This document shows, in pieces, positions 52,363 to 64,000 of a stretch of DNA of 64,000 nucleotides. The DNA comes from Mobula birostris (lineage: Eukaryota), in NCBI RefSeq assembly GCF_030028105.1, contig NC_092376.1, positions 76,618,935-76,682,934 of the forward strand, read 5' to 3'. The notes under the pieces are model-generated. The model did not search any database and was not told the origin of the DNA. It saw only the letters and a list, made by a program, of their open reading frames with translations. Within the stretch, counting starts at the first letter, position 1, and each line of letters begins with the position of its first letter. The position numbers and the translations under genes were made by a program.

Positions 52363-53172
52363 TAACAGGCTTCAGTACAGCAGAGCAAGAGGTGGTTCTG
52401 AGGTTGGTGGCAAGGAAATGGGATTTGTGGGGATCCTCAAAGATGAAAATATTTCCCTAATTTTTAGAGGGTTAGACTAAACAGGGTGAAAGATTGAAGG
52501 GAATTGATGAGTGGTTACGCTTGAAGCATTTGATATGCGTATAGAGTCTGATCCATCTTTTTAGGATGTCTGTAAAGGCAATGTGTAGATTGGGCAATGC
52601 TGATTTTAAGGATGGGGCCAAGAAAAGGTGAAGTGCTGTCTGTGATTGATAGGTAGGGATGAAACCAAGTGAGCAAAGAGCCATGAGCTGGATATAGGAG
52701 AGAAATGATGATTTGGTCTGGAGTTTCAAAGGTTGCAGAAAATTCGAGGATGGAATTGACAACTTGTTCATTATAAATGCATATTATAAATGTCATTACA
52801 GAATCTAGAGTGGTGTGAGGAGTAAAATTCTTGACGAGTTGAAAGAAACACACATGTGCATTGACAAATGCCAATTAAAGGGAGCTGGAGCAGTAAAGGA
52901 GGACAGGTTAGTCATTGGCAAAGAAATGGGTTGAGGTCTCTATCTTTGAGCCAAGCATGCAAAGCCAGAACACACACACTGCTGTTTTTGGATATCTTAA
53001 TTAAACTGGAATATCTTCTCTACTTCTGTCTTGTTTCCCATCAGATGTTATTCTACGGATTGCCTTTTCTCGAGAGTTTTTGCATAATTTCTGGGCACAT
53101 TGAGCACTGGAAAATTGTGGTTGTTGTGAGGCACAAAGGAAGCATGGTGCTCTCATCGATTGTACTTTAAAG

Positions 53173-53240
53173 CAGAGGTTCCCACCCTGGGCCTTCTCGG
53201 TTAATGGGGGTCCATGGCAGAAGGAAGGTTGGAAACCCTG
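53173..53240. mobile_element. 68-bp hAT-type MITE
   Basis: Ends CAGAGGTTCCCACC / GGTTGGAAACCCTG with an 8-bp TSD ctttaaag / ttttaaag. Confidence 0.65.
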
Positions 53241-55349
53241 TTTTAAAGGAAGTGGTGGAACTTAATGCTTTACACTCGTCTTGATCTGGTGTGTTAATTC
53301 ATTGTATGATAACAAGAGCAGTCCTTAATCGTTTATTAAGTCTTATAATACTTAATTTTTATTAATAGCAGAGCTTTGTGGAAAATATGATGGGTCGCAA
53401 TCTGCAGAGGAAATGTGGCCTCAGAGGACTGATGTTAGCCCTCTTAGTGCCTCAGAATTTCAATCATTTCCATTGTTGATGGGATTGTCCAGCCTTGTTT
53501 CATTTCCTGACTTTGTTACTATGACCCGTGCTACAGAATAATTCAAACCGTGAACCTAAAATCCACTTGTAATTATGTTGGAGATGGATTTTTCTTCATC
53601 TTGATAACAGTTCTTTTAAACTAGTCATGCTCAAAAAATACTGCGGTTCAATAAAGAATAATTTCCATTCATTTCACGTTTATCTATGTTCTTTTCCCGA
53701 AGTGCAGAACACATTTTCCTTTGTAGAGTTTGTACTGAATTTTACAGGGATTTTCAGGGTTTGACTTCGGTAGTGCTGTGTTTGTGTGTGGTGTGGTTTC
53801 AAAATGTTCTGTTGGGGATTTGAACTTGTGCCCCTGTGCTTTTGGGACCACCCTATCTATGTTGATCTGTAGCAAATCCTTTCACACTGCTGTAAGCAGC
53901 AGCCATTCAGGAAAACTGCTCTGTAAAAAGTTTTTTTTAAAAAAATGTGGCATTTTACCAGTTTACTTGATACGGGCCAAAATCAAAAATTCTTCTTTCT
54001 GGATTTGAATGATGACTTGATGGTTGAGTGAGTGCTTGATGTCCTTGAGAATGTTAACATAGCTTCCTAATCCAGAGCTGGCAACTTAATTAATAACTGA
54101 GTGCAAAGAAATATTTAACCATTTTAACAGCCAGGAGTGAAGCTGATTGGATTTGTACTAATCTTAATTCTGCAACCTAAGTTAGATAATGTTATAATTA
54201 TTTACCGACTTCTATGTGCAGTTGTTATTTAATACGAGGAGAAGGCAAGAATGTGAAACTGTGACAATATGTATCTCAGACTGCTAGTACAGGCATGATT
54301 ACTGTTCATGTGATTTTTATCCATTGGACATCAAGGCTTGTATTGTTTGGCAACATGGGGATTTCTGTTTGTATATTTGTGGTGTTCTACAAGTAAAGTC
54401 AAGTTTTCCAGCATTTCAATCAAATGATATTAATTAATCTGTTCCACTACAATTATCTCTAGATTTATCTCAATATCCTTTCTTAAAATGGCAAACTCTT
54501 TTTGCAGCGTAAGTAGAAAATATTGGAAAATCTCAGCTCATTCAACATTTGGGGGAAGCGAGAACATTAATGTTTGAGGCCTTGTGATCCATCACCAATT
54601 TAAAAAAAAAACACAAATTAAATAGCACATAATCTGTTTACTTGGTACTGGCCAAAATCAAATTCTTGTTTCTGAATTTGAATGATGGTTGAGTGAGTGA
54701 CTGTTTTTTCTACTTAAGGTTTATTCTTGTTGGTCCTCAACAGACAGCAGAAGTCCAGATTTTAACATTTTAAAGCGACTGTCATTGATGAGTAAGCACA
54801 AGCCTACTGAAGAATCAGTAGGATATCAAATGTGGATACAGACCAGAGCCAGGTTTTCAGAGTTGTAATGGCTTTTGGCAGGAGGTTAGAAATTCTGGCC
54901 AACCATTAGAATTTATATTTGTCCAGAAAGCTGACATTTGTTGAGGAGAGGAATGAGTGATTTACTTTGCATATTGCAGTAAATTTGGATTTGAATTAAA
55001 TGTGCCTCATTGTGATTGATGCACGCTTCCTTTGCTGAGAACAATTTCGCACAGAGCCTCTGCTTTCTGACTGTTTCCTTGGTTTGCATTTGGAAAGATT
55101 TGAGAATGTGCATCCAAGAACCAGGGTGATAGATTCAACTACAAATTGGATTTGTAGAATGAGAACTGGATTGAGATACCAGCAGAAGCAACATAAATGG
55201 TCTTTAGTAGTTCCTTTTTACACCTTTTAGTTTGAAGTTTAGTTGCTCTTTTGGGTGGTTAGTGATTTTGCCCATCTTGTCTGCTGTTGAACTCAGACTG
55301 TCATTACAACCCAAGATGGTTTTTGTACAGTTGCATTTTAAATCTGTCT

Positions 55350-56290
55350 ACATGAAAGTACATGGAGCAGTAGAGTGTGAGCTCTTCTGCTTATAATGTT
55401 GTGTAAGTCCACTCCATCATCAATCAAACCCTTCCTGCCCACACAGGCTATAAACCTTCCATTTTCTTTACACTTATGAGCATATCTAAAAGTCTCTTAA
55501 TTGTTCCTATCCTGTCAGACTCTGTCTCACCCAGGCAGTGCATTGCAGTGACTTACCTCTGAGAAAACCAAAAGAAACCTACCTACCTCTAATATCTCCC
55601 TTAAACTTTCCTCCATTCACCTTAAATGTTTCCTGGTATTGACCATTGTTGCCCAGGGAATACTGTACTGGCTGTCTATTCGATCTAGGCCCCTCATAAT
55701 CTTATACATCTCTATCAAGTTGCCTCTCATCCTCCACTCTGAAGAGGCCTAAGCTTGCTCATAAGATATTTTCTCTAATTTAGGCAGCATCGAGGTAAAT
55801 CTCCTCTGCACCCTCCCTAATGTTTCCACATTCTTCCTACAATAAGATGACCAAAACTGAATATAGTATTCCAAGTTTGGTGTTACCAGAGTTTTATAGA
55901 GGTTCTCAAACTTAATCCCTCAACTAATGAAGGGCAAGGCACCATTTGCCAGCTTAATCGCCCTATCAGCATGTGTGACAACTTTTAGAGATCTGTCAAC
56001 TTAGAACCCAAGATTGCTCTGCTCTTTCCTCTCCACTACCAAGAATCCTGCCGTTAACAGTCTGCCGTCAAGGTCAATCTTCTAAAATGTATCGCTTCAT
56101 GCTTTTCCAGATTGAACTGCATCTGCCATTACTCTGCCCAGGTTGGCATCCAATCTCTATTTTTAACCTAGGTGTCAACCTTCCACATTATCCATAACAC
56201 CACTGGTTTTCATGTAGTCTGCAAACTTTTTAACCCACCCTTCCACTTCCTTATCCAAGTCATCTATATAAAAAAAAAATCACAAAACAT
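55350..56290 (-). mobile_element. Old CR1 3' fragment
   Basis: Reverse complement of CR1 RT and 3' sequence (tctgcaaacttt, aactgcatctgccat, tatagtattccaag). Confidence 0.8.
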
Positions 56291-56919
56291 CTACTTCATA
56301 AAGTAAATCATGCTGAGCACTGTTTCCAAAGTTTTGAAAGCTGAAATGGACATTGATCCATTTCCCATATTCTTGGCAAAAATGGTTTTAACATCCCGAT
56401 AAACTTAACTGGCTATTTCATGTTGCATTAGTGATAAAGGTTTTTAAGAAATTGAACATTTGGGAAATTTACTATACTGAAACTCCAAATCTCATGTCAA
56501 CTGATCTGCTATTTAAAACTAGAGATGGGGGCAGCTTTTTGTCCTTTCATACTAGATACATGTAACTATAACTTGAAATATTCCTTTTAAAATTTGCAAA
56601 CCCACCAGAATGTGTGGTACAGGTCAATCAAGCTAAGTATGTACAACCAGGAGAGATCAGATGAAGTGTTGTTAGGCTGTGTGATGTAGTCTGAAGCCAT
56701 TTCCTCAGAGACAGGAGGCAAAATCTGGGGCTGGAAACTTATCTTTACTAACATAAATATTAACATTTTTGTAGCAATATTCCGAGTTTCTGATATTCAG
56801 AGACATTTAAACATCACTAATTAATAAACAATTTGAATCTTTTGAGCAGAAACTTTTAAATTACAGCAAGAAACAATAGAATGCACAGAAATAAAGTCAC
56901 TTCTTTTAATCTTCAAACT

Positions 56920-57165
56920 GGTAAGGGGTGGGAAGTTCAAAGAGGATATTAGAGGAAGGTTTTTTACTCAGAGAGTGGTTGGTGCGTGGAATGCACTGCC
57001 TAAGTCAGTGGTGGAGGCAGATACACCAGTGAAGTTTAAGAGACTACTGGACAGGTATATGGAGGAATCTAAGGTGGGGGCTTATATGGAAGGCAGTGTT
57101 TGAGGGTCGGCACAACATTGTGGGCCGAAGGGCCTGTACTGTGCTGTATTATTCTATGTTCTATG
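56920..57165 (+). mobile_element. Short 5'-truncated CR1, same subfamily as 920-4985
   Basis: About 8 mismatches in ~246 bp against 4726-4972, with the same TTCTATG tail. Confidence 0.93.
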
Positions 57166-57966
57166 ATCTAAATGACCAAATTCCAGTCCTGTACCAGGTA
57201 TTGTGTCAGATCCCATGTTGGTATACCATAGAAGATGTAGATTCACCAGGGCAATGCTAGGGAATCTCAGCGTAAATTTATTTTTCCCGTCGGATTCCGT
57301 ATGGAATTCAGCAAAGGATAATGCCTATCATTCACGTGCTACAGACTTGGAACATAAGAAAGTGACCTGGATTTGAAAGTAGCATGGGACTTGTAACAGG
57401 CCCATGCAAGTCCATTACTTGCTCATCTGGGAGCAGCTGAATGCCAGAGGTTTCATTGGGAACCACTGGCTCAAGCCAGTGCACTCTGTTCTGGTATCTT
57501 TTTAAAATTGGTGGTAAATTTACTTGGAATTACAAGCTTGGCACGTAACCTGACCATGTAGACAGACAAAAGATGTTTTTGGATTGGGTCACTACAGGAT
57601 TGTTTTGTTGTGCTGACTGACAGGGAAACAATCTTAAGGGGGGGGGGTGTTGTACAGAGACAAATGGTAAAGTTGTGAGGTGGTCCTGAGATTGTGCATT
57701 CACTGGCATTGGGCGACATCAGTGGAACTGACATATTGAATGAAATTTATTGCACACCTGATTGATTATAGTAGCTTATTGTGAGAATTTCAGGAACAGT
57801 GCTTGTCTTTCAGTTGATGCCAAGAAAAATGATGTTTGCCCTCCTACAGGGGAGGTAAATGGTCAGGTTGCTAATGGGAATGAATATGTCCATTTACCTG
57901 TTTTTTTAAAAAAAAACACGACACACACAGAGAGACCCCCTCTCCCTCCCCCCCCCCCCCCCCCCC

Positions 57967-58690
57967 AGAGGCCAGGAAGCATCAATGGAAAAGAGTACAG
58001 TTGACGTTTTGGGCAGAGACCCTTCATCAGGACTGGGAAAAAGAAAAGATGAGACAGTGTAAGAAATTGGGGGGAGGGGAGTATGAAACACAAGATGATA
58101 GGTGAAACCGGGAGGGGAGAGGGGTGAAGTAAAGAGCTGGGAAGTTGGTGAAAGAGATACAGGGCTGGAGGAGGGGGAATGATAGGAGATGACAGAAGGC
58201 CAAGGAAGAAATAAAAGGGGGAGGAACACCAGAGGGAGGTGATAGATAGATAAAGTGAGAGGGAAATTAGCATGGTGAACATTATTGGAAGCTTGTAAAA
58301 TCAATGCTCAGACAATCAGGTTGGAGGCTAGCCAGATGGAATATAAGGTGTTGCTCCTCCAACCTGAGTGTGGCCTCATCACGACAGTAGGGGAGGCCAT
58401 AGACTGTGACATGCCAGAATGGAAAGTGGAATTAAAATGGGTGGCCACTGGGAGATTCTGCTTTTTCTAGAGGATAGACTGTAGGTGCTCAGTGAAGCGG
58501 TCTCCCAATCTGCGTTGGGTCTCACTGATATACAGGAGGCCACACCGGGAGCATTAGATACAGTAGATGACCGCAACAGACTCACAGGTGAAGTGTTGCC
58601 TCAACTGGAAGGACCGTTTGGCACCCTGAATGGTAGTGAGGGAGGAGGTGTAGCACTTGTTCTGCTTGCAAGCATTAGTGCCAGGAGGGC
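57967..58690 (-). mobile_element. PLE GIY-YIG end plus pLTR with an inactivated hammerhead motif (57998-58035)
   Basis: Minus DNA encodes IYCI*CSRCGLLYISETQRRLGDRFTEHL. The hammerhead reads CAGTC-CTGATGA-AGGGTCTCTGCCC-AAAACGTC (GAAA changed to AAAA). Confidence 0.87.
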
Positions 58691-59549
58691 CCATTTACCT
58701 ATCAGTTACGGGCTGGAGGTTTATACCTGCAGTGTTGGGCACTGGGGTGCCTGGGTTTAAAGATAGTCTTGACTAATTGCAGTTTTGCTCTGTGAAAAAG
58801 TTGGCTTGCGAGGTAACAGATAGATAACAGCAGATGGATTCTGCCAGACCAGAGTTACTGCAACTCTAGAATACAATGGTCATGGCAAATGAGAGGATAT
58901 AGCTACTGTTTCATTTCCTAGCAGAAACATCTTTTGTAATTTTAGCAGACAGAGAGAGGGGTCTCCTTGCAGAAGGCCTGTTGTGGCATTTAATGGAGGA
59001 GTTGGGAGCAATCCAGCAGATGGAATTTGATAATGGCCATCTCGTGCAGAACGTGCTTTACCAAAAGGCAAGCTAGCCATCTAAATGTAATGGCTTCCAA
59101 AGAGGAAGTTGGGAATGCACATGGCTTGATGTAAAGCCAGGAGTTACAAAGAGTTCACTTGCAGATGAATGGGAAGGTAAAGTCTAGATATCATGGGATG
59201 TAGTACAGATTGGTAATATACTTTAAGCATAAAATACTCCTATTCTTTTCCAAAGTCTATGGTTTTTGTTTGTTCAAATGTTTGCCAGCACAGGGCAGCA
59301 AGTAAATACAAACATTACATTGAAATAATAGTGATGTATATCGTTCATTATGAAGGCACTGGAAGAGGTTACCACAAACTGGAAATGTACATCTGCAAAG
59401 CAGATCATTAATCACAGCCTTACTAAGAGGTCATAAAGTGGGCGCGGTCCTTTCCTGCAACCCAGAATTGACAATATTCCATTGGGGAGAGATTTTGCTT
59501 CTTGTGGTCTTCAGTGGAGTGGTAATACCCAATCCTTCAATGATAGTTT

Positions 59550-62180
59550 GCAGGCAGAATCCCTATAAGAGACCGTGTTAGGGATCTGGAGCTACGGTTT
59601 GATGATCTACAGCTTATTGGGGAAAGTGAGCAGGAGATAGGTAGGAGTTACAAGGAGTTAGTTACCCCGAAGCTGCAGGAGTTAGATAAGTGGGTTACTG
59701 TCAGGGAAGGGATGAGAAGAGCTCAGATAGTAGAGAGCACCCCTGAGGCCATCCCCCTCAGTAATCATTATCTCATTTTGGATGCTGTTGAGGGGGGTGA
59801 CCTAACAGAGGATGACCATGGTGATCAGGTCTCTGGCACTGAGCCTGGTTCTGTGGGGTAGAAGGGAGAGAAGAAGATGAAGAATGCAGTACTCATAAGG
59901 GATTCCACAGTGAGAGGAACAGACAGGAGGTTCTGTCACCCTGATAGAGATACTCACATGGTGTGTTGCCTCCCAGGTGCCAGGATATGGGATGTCTTGG
60001 ATCGGGTGCAGAGTATTCTGAAGGGAGAGGGTGAATGGCCAGAAGTCTTGGTACATGTTGGTATCAGTGACAGGTAGAAAAAGGGAGGAGGTCCTGAAGA
60101 GAGAGAGTTCAGGGAGTTGAGTAGGAAGCCGAAAAGCAGGATCTCCGGGATCGGAATCTCAGGATTGTTGCCTGTGCCATGTGCTAACAAGTGCAAGAAT
60201 AGCATGATCAGCCATATTAATGCGTGGCTGAGAAACTGGCGTAGGGGGCAGAGATTCAGATTCCTAGATCATTGGGGCCTCTTCTGGGGGAGGTATGACC
60301 TGTACAAAAAGGACGGGTTACACCTGAACCCGAAGGGGTCCAATATCCTAGCAGGCAGGTTTAGTAGAGGTGTTAGGGAGGGTTTAAACTAATTTGGCAA
60401 GGGGATGGGAACCAGAGTGATAGGGCTGAGGAAGGGGGAAAAATAGAAATAAATCAAAGATAGCGTGCAACAGCGATGATAGAAAACACAGGCAGGAGAT
60501 GAGGCATAATCACAGCCAGTGGGATAAGTTACAGGGCAATAGAGGCATGGTGCAGTTAAAACAGAAAGCAACAAATACTGGACTGAAGGTGTTATATTTG
60601 AATGCACGCAGCATAAGGAATAAAATGGACGATCTTGAAATTCAGCTACTGATTGGCAAGTATGACGTTGTGGCCATCTCTGAAATTTGTCTAAAGGATG
60701 GCTGCCATTGGGAACTGAACATCCAAGGATATAAGGTATATCAGAAAGCTGGGTTAGTAGGCAGATGGGGTGGTGTGGCTCTGTGTATAAGAAATAATAA
60801 TAAATCACTAGAAAGGGATGACATAGGATCAGAAGGTGTAGAGTCTCTATGGGTTGAGTTAAGAAATGGCAAGCGTAGAAGGACCCTAATGGCAGTTGTA
60901 TACAGGCCTCCAAACAGCAGCTGGGATGTGGATTACAAATTACAACAGGAGATAGAAAAGGTGTGTCAGAAGGGCAATGTCATGATAATTGTTGGGAATT
61001 TCAACATGCAAGTGGATTGGGAAAACCAAGCCAGTACTGGACCTCGAGAGGATTTGTAGAATGTCTAAGGGATGGCTTTTTAGAACAGCTTGTTGTTGAG
61101 CCCACTAGGGGATCGGCTGTGCTAGATTGGGTGTTGTGCAATGATCCAGAAGTGATAAGAGAGCTGAAGGTTAAGAAACCCTTAGGGAACAGTGATCGCA
61201 GTATGATCGAGTTCCCTTTGAAATTTGAGTAGGAGAAACTAAATTCTAATGTGTTGGTATTTCATTCGAATAAAGGAAATTACAATGGCATGAGAGGGGA
61301 ACTGGCCAAGGTTGACTGGAAAGAGACACTAACAGGAAGGACGGTAGAGCAGCAATGGCTGGAGTTTCTGCTAAAAATGAGGGAAGTGCAAGACAGATAT
61401 ATTACAAATAAGAAATTTTCGAATGGAAGAAGGACACTACCGTGGTTGACAAGTGAAGTCAGAGCCAAAGTAAAGGCAAAGGAGAGGGCATACAAGGAAG
61501 CCAGAGCTAGTGGGAAGACAGAGGATTGGGAAGCTTTTAAGAACTTGCAGAAGGAAGCTAAGAAGGTTATTAAGAAGGAAAAGATGAATTATGAAAGGAA
61601 GCTGGCGACTAATATCAAAGGAGATACTAAAGGCTTGTTTTGAGAAGGATATACTGACATTGGAGTGGGTTCAGAGAAGATTCTCGAGAATGATTCCAGG
61701 AATGAAAGGGTTACCATATGAGGAACGTCTGGCTGCTCTTGGGCTGTATTCCGTGGAGTTCAGGAGATTGAAGGGGGATCTCATAGAAACATTCCGAATG
61801 TTAAAAGGCCTGAACAGATTAGATATGACAAAGTTATTTCCCATTGTTTGGGGGGGGGGGGTCTAGGACGAGAGGGCACAACTTCAGGATTGAAGGGCGT
61901 CCATTTTAGAACAGAGATGCAGAGAAATTACTTTAGTCAGAGGGTGGTAAATCTGTGGAATTTGTTGCCACAAGCGGCTGTGGAGACCAAGTCATTGGGT
62001 GCATTTAAGGCAGAGATAGATGGGTAGATTCTTGATTAGCCAGGGCATCAAAGGGTATAGGGAGAAGGCAGGGGAGCGAGGATGACTGAAAGAATTGGAT
62101 CAGCCCATGATTGAATGGTGGAGGAGCAGACTCGATGGGCTGAATGGCTCACTTCTGCTCCTGTATCTTATGGTCTTATT
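59550..62180 (+). mobile_element. CR1 with decayed ORF1 and an internally deleted ORF2 (RT removed near 61640)
   Basis: Esterase remnants (HMVCCLPGAR, DGLHLN) and APE (YLNARSI). The sequence then jumps from NIKGDTK directly to KDILTLEWVQRRF. Same subfamily as 16630-20822. Confidence 0.9.
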
Positions 62181-62790
62181 TTGTATGGTCAGTGTGAATC
62201 AATCAGTGGTTGGGATTACACACGTGGTGCAAAGAGCCTGATGACCTAAGGGCTCCGAATAATGTTACAAGATAGGTTGACAGAAGATTTAGTAGGTTAA
62301 TTGGTCATTGTAACTTAGGCTAGTGTTAAGTAGGTGGGTTACTGGGCCGGAAAGGCTGTGCTGTATCTCTAAATTTTAAAAAAAGTGACAAATAAGGTCT
62401 GATAGAGCAGGGTGGCTAAAAGAAGGAATGTATTGCTCCATGGAGGTGATTTTAGTTTTGAAGATCCCGTAAATTACCTTGCTTAATAGCCTGCACTAAG
62501 GATGGCTGAAAGCTGTAATGATTGAATGGTAAGCACCATGAAGCATTCGATAGTTTAGGATGGGGAAAGGAGAAGGTGAGATTGGAGGACAATGACTTCC
62601 TGCTTTCTTAGCAGCAGCCAAGACCAGAAGTTCAATATTCCTGGGAAAATTGAGGTGGGAAAATGAAAATAAAGGAACAAAGATGAGGAACGCAAACACG
62701 AGGAAATCTGAAGATGCTGGAATTTCAAGCAACACACATAAAAGTTGCTGGTGAACGCAGCAGGCCAGGCTGCATCTCTAGGAAGAGGTA

Positions 62791-62827
62791 CAGTCAATGT
62801 TTCGGGCCGAGACCCTTCGTCAGGACT
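62791..62827 (-). ncRNA. Hammerhead ribozyme motif with the helix III palindrome mutated
   Basis: AGTC-CTGACGA-A-GGGTCTCGGCCC-GAAA-CATT-GACT. Confidence 0.6.
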
Positions 62828-63756
62828 AACTGAAAGAAGAGCTAGCAAGAGATTTGGAAGTGGGACGGGGAGGGGGAGATCCAAATTGATAGGAGAAGAC
62901 AGGAGGGGGAGGGATGGAGCCAAGAGCTGGACAGGTGATTGGCAAAAGGGATATGAGAGGATCATGGGACAGGAGGCCCAGGGAGAAAGAAAAGGGGGAG
63001 GGGGGGAAACCAGAGGATGGGCAAGGGGTATCGTGAGGGGGGGACAGAGGGAGAAAAAGGAGAGAGAGAAAAAGAATGTGTGTGTGTGTGTATATAAATA
63101 AATAACAGATGAGGTACGAGGGGGAAGTGGGGCATTAGCGGAAGTTTGAGAAGTCAATGTTCACGCCATCAGGTTGGAGGCTACCCAGACAGAATATAAG
63201 GTGTTGTTTCTCCAACCCGAGTGTGGCTTCATCTTTACAGTAGAGGAGGCCGTGGATAGACATACCAGCACGGGAATGGGACCACTGTGTGGCCACTGTC
63301 CGCCAGAGTAAGCAGGATCTCCCAGTGGCCACACATTTTAATTTCACATCCCATTCCCATGCTGATATGTCTATCCACGGCCTCCTCTACTGTAAAGATG
63401 AAGCCACACTCAGGTGTGGGTAGCCTCCAACCTGATGGTGTGAACATTGACTTCTCAAACTTCCGCTAATGCCCCACCTCCTCCTCGTACCCCATCCGTT
63501 ACTTATTTATATACACACATTCTTTTTCTCTCTCTTTCTCTCTCTGTCCCTCTCACTATACCCCTTTGCCCATCCTCTGGGTTCCCCCCCCCCTCCTTTT
63601 CTTTCTCCCTGGGCCTCCTGTCCCATGATCCTCTCATATCCCTTTTGCCAATCAACTGTCCAGTTCTGGGCTCCATCCCTCCCCCTCCTGTCTTCAACTA
63701 TCATTTTGGGTCTCCCCCTCCCACTTCCAAATCTCTTACTAGCTCTTCTTTCAGTT

Positions 63757-63792
63757 AGTCCTGACGAAGGGTCTCGGCCTGAAACGTCGACT
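63757..63792 (+). ncRNA. Minimal type I hammerhead ribozyme motif with an intact core
   Basis: Stem I AGTC/GACT, CTGACGA box, stem II (A)GGGT-CTCG-GCCT, GAAA, palindromic ACGT, and cleavage triplet GTC (cut after 63788). Confidence 0.78.
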
Positions 63793-64000
63793 GTATACCT
63801 CTTCCTATAGATGCTGCCTGGCTTGCTGCGTTCACCGGCAACTTTTAAAGATGAACCTTGAGAAATCAATTTTTTAAAAAAATGTGGTTGAGTTTATGGT
63901 ATTTAACGTACTGAAAAGTGTTATTGTTAACAAATAGTGTTGGTCTGTGTAAAGTTTGGTCTTGTATGTTGCATACCATTTTTAAAATACCTTTAGTTTA

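Larger units (their letters stand above)
62689..63847. mobile_element. Head-to-head inverted pair of PLE 3' ends (long inverted repeat)
   Basis: Arm 62739-63281 is the reverse complement of arm 63349-63847, with a ~67-nt spacer. Both arms encode ...GSLQPDGVNIDFSNFR*. Confidence 0.93.

Noticed and set aside
57945-57966. Poly-C tract and PPLPPPPPPP peptide
   Set aside because: Simple homopolymer at a PLE boundary, with no coding evidence.
62555-63869. 113-200 aa ORFs in the inverted repeat as novel proteins
   Set aside because: Low-complexity translations of purine/pyrimidine-skewed pLTR sequence, mirrored on both arms.

Overview
Vertebrate genomic DNA, most likely a cartilaginous fish (shark or ray; inferred from HE1/V-SINE-type SINEs, very dense CR1, Rex1 and Penelope-like repeats, and a fish-type YAP1 N-terminus). 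Two host genes lie on the + strand in the same order as in human. The last two coding exons of CFAP300 (C11orf70) are at 5085-5151 and 11952-12083; the ORF track missed both. The first coding exon of YAP1 (32771-33270) sits in a CpG-rich region and is followed by more than 30 kb of intron. Most of the remainder is layered transposable elements: a near-complete CR1 LINE, many CR1/Rex1/Penelope fragments, an L1 that keeps ORF1 but has lost almost all of ORF2, Tc1, Chapaev and hAT-Charlie DNA transposons, and SINEs. The most interesting signals are RNA-level. Penelope-like repeats carry minimal hammerhead ribozyme motifs, including one with an intact core at the end of a ~1.1 kb inverted repeat in the YAP1 intron. 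A non-autonomous RTE-type element carries a candidate HDV-like ribozyme. YAP1 also lacks the intron that splits this coding region in human. All calls were made by eye. Repeat boundaries are approximate unless defined by TSDs or TIRs, and family names and human comparisons come from recalled motifs, not database searches.
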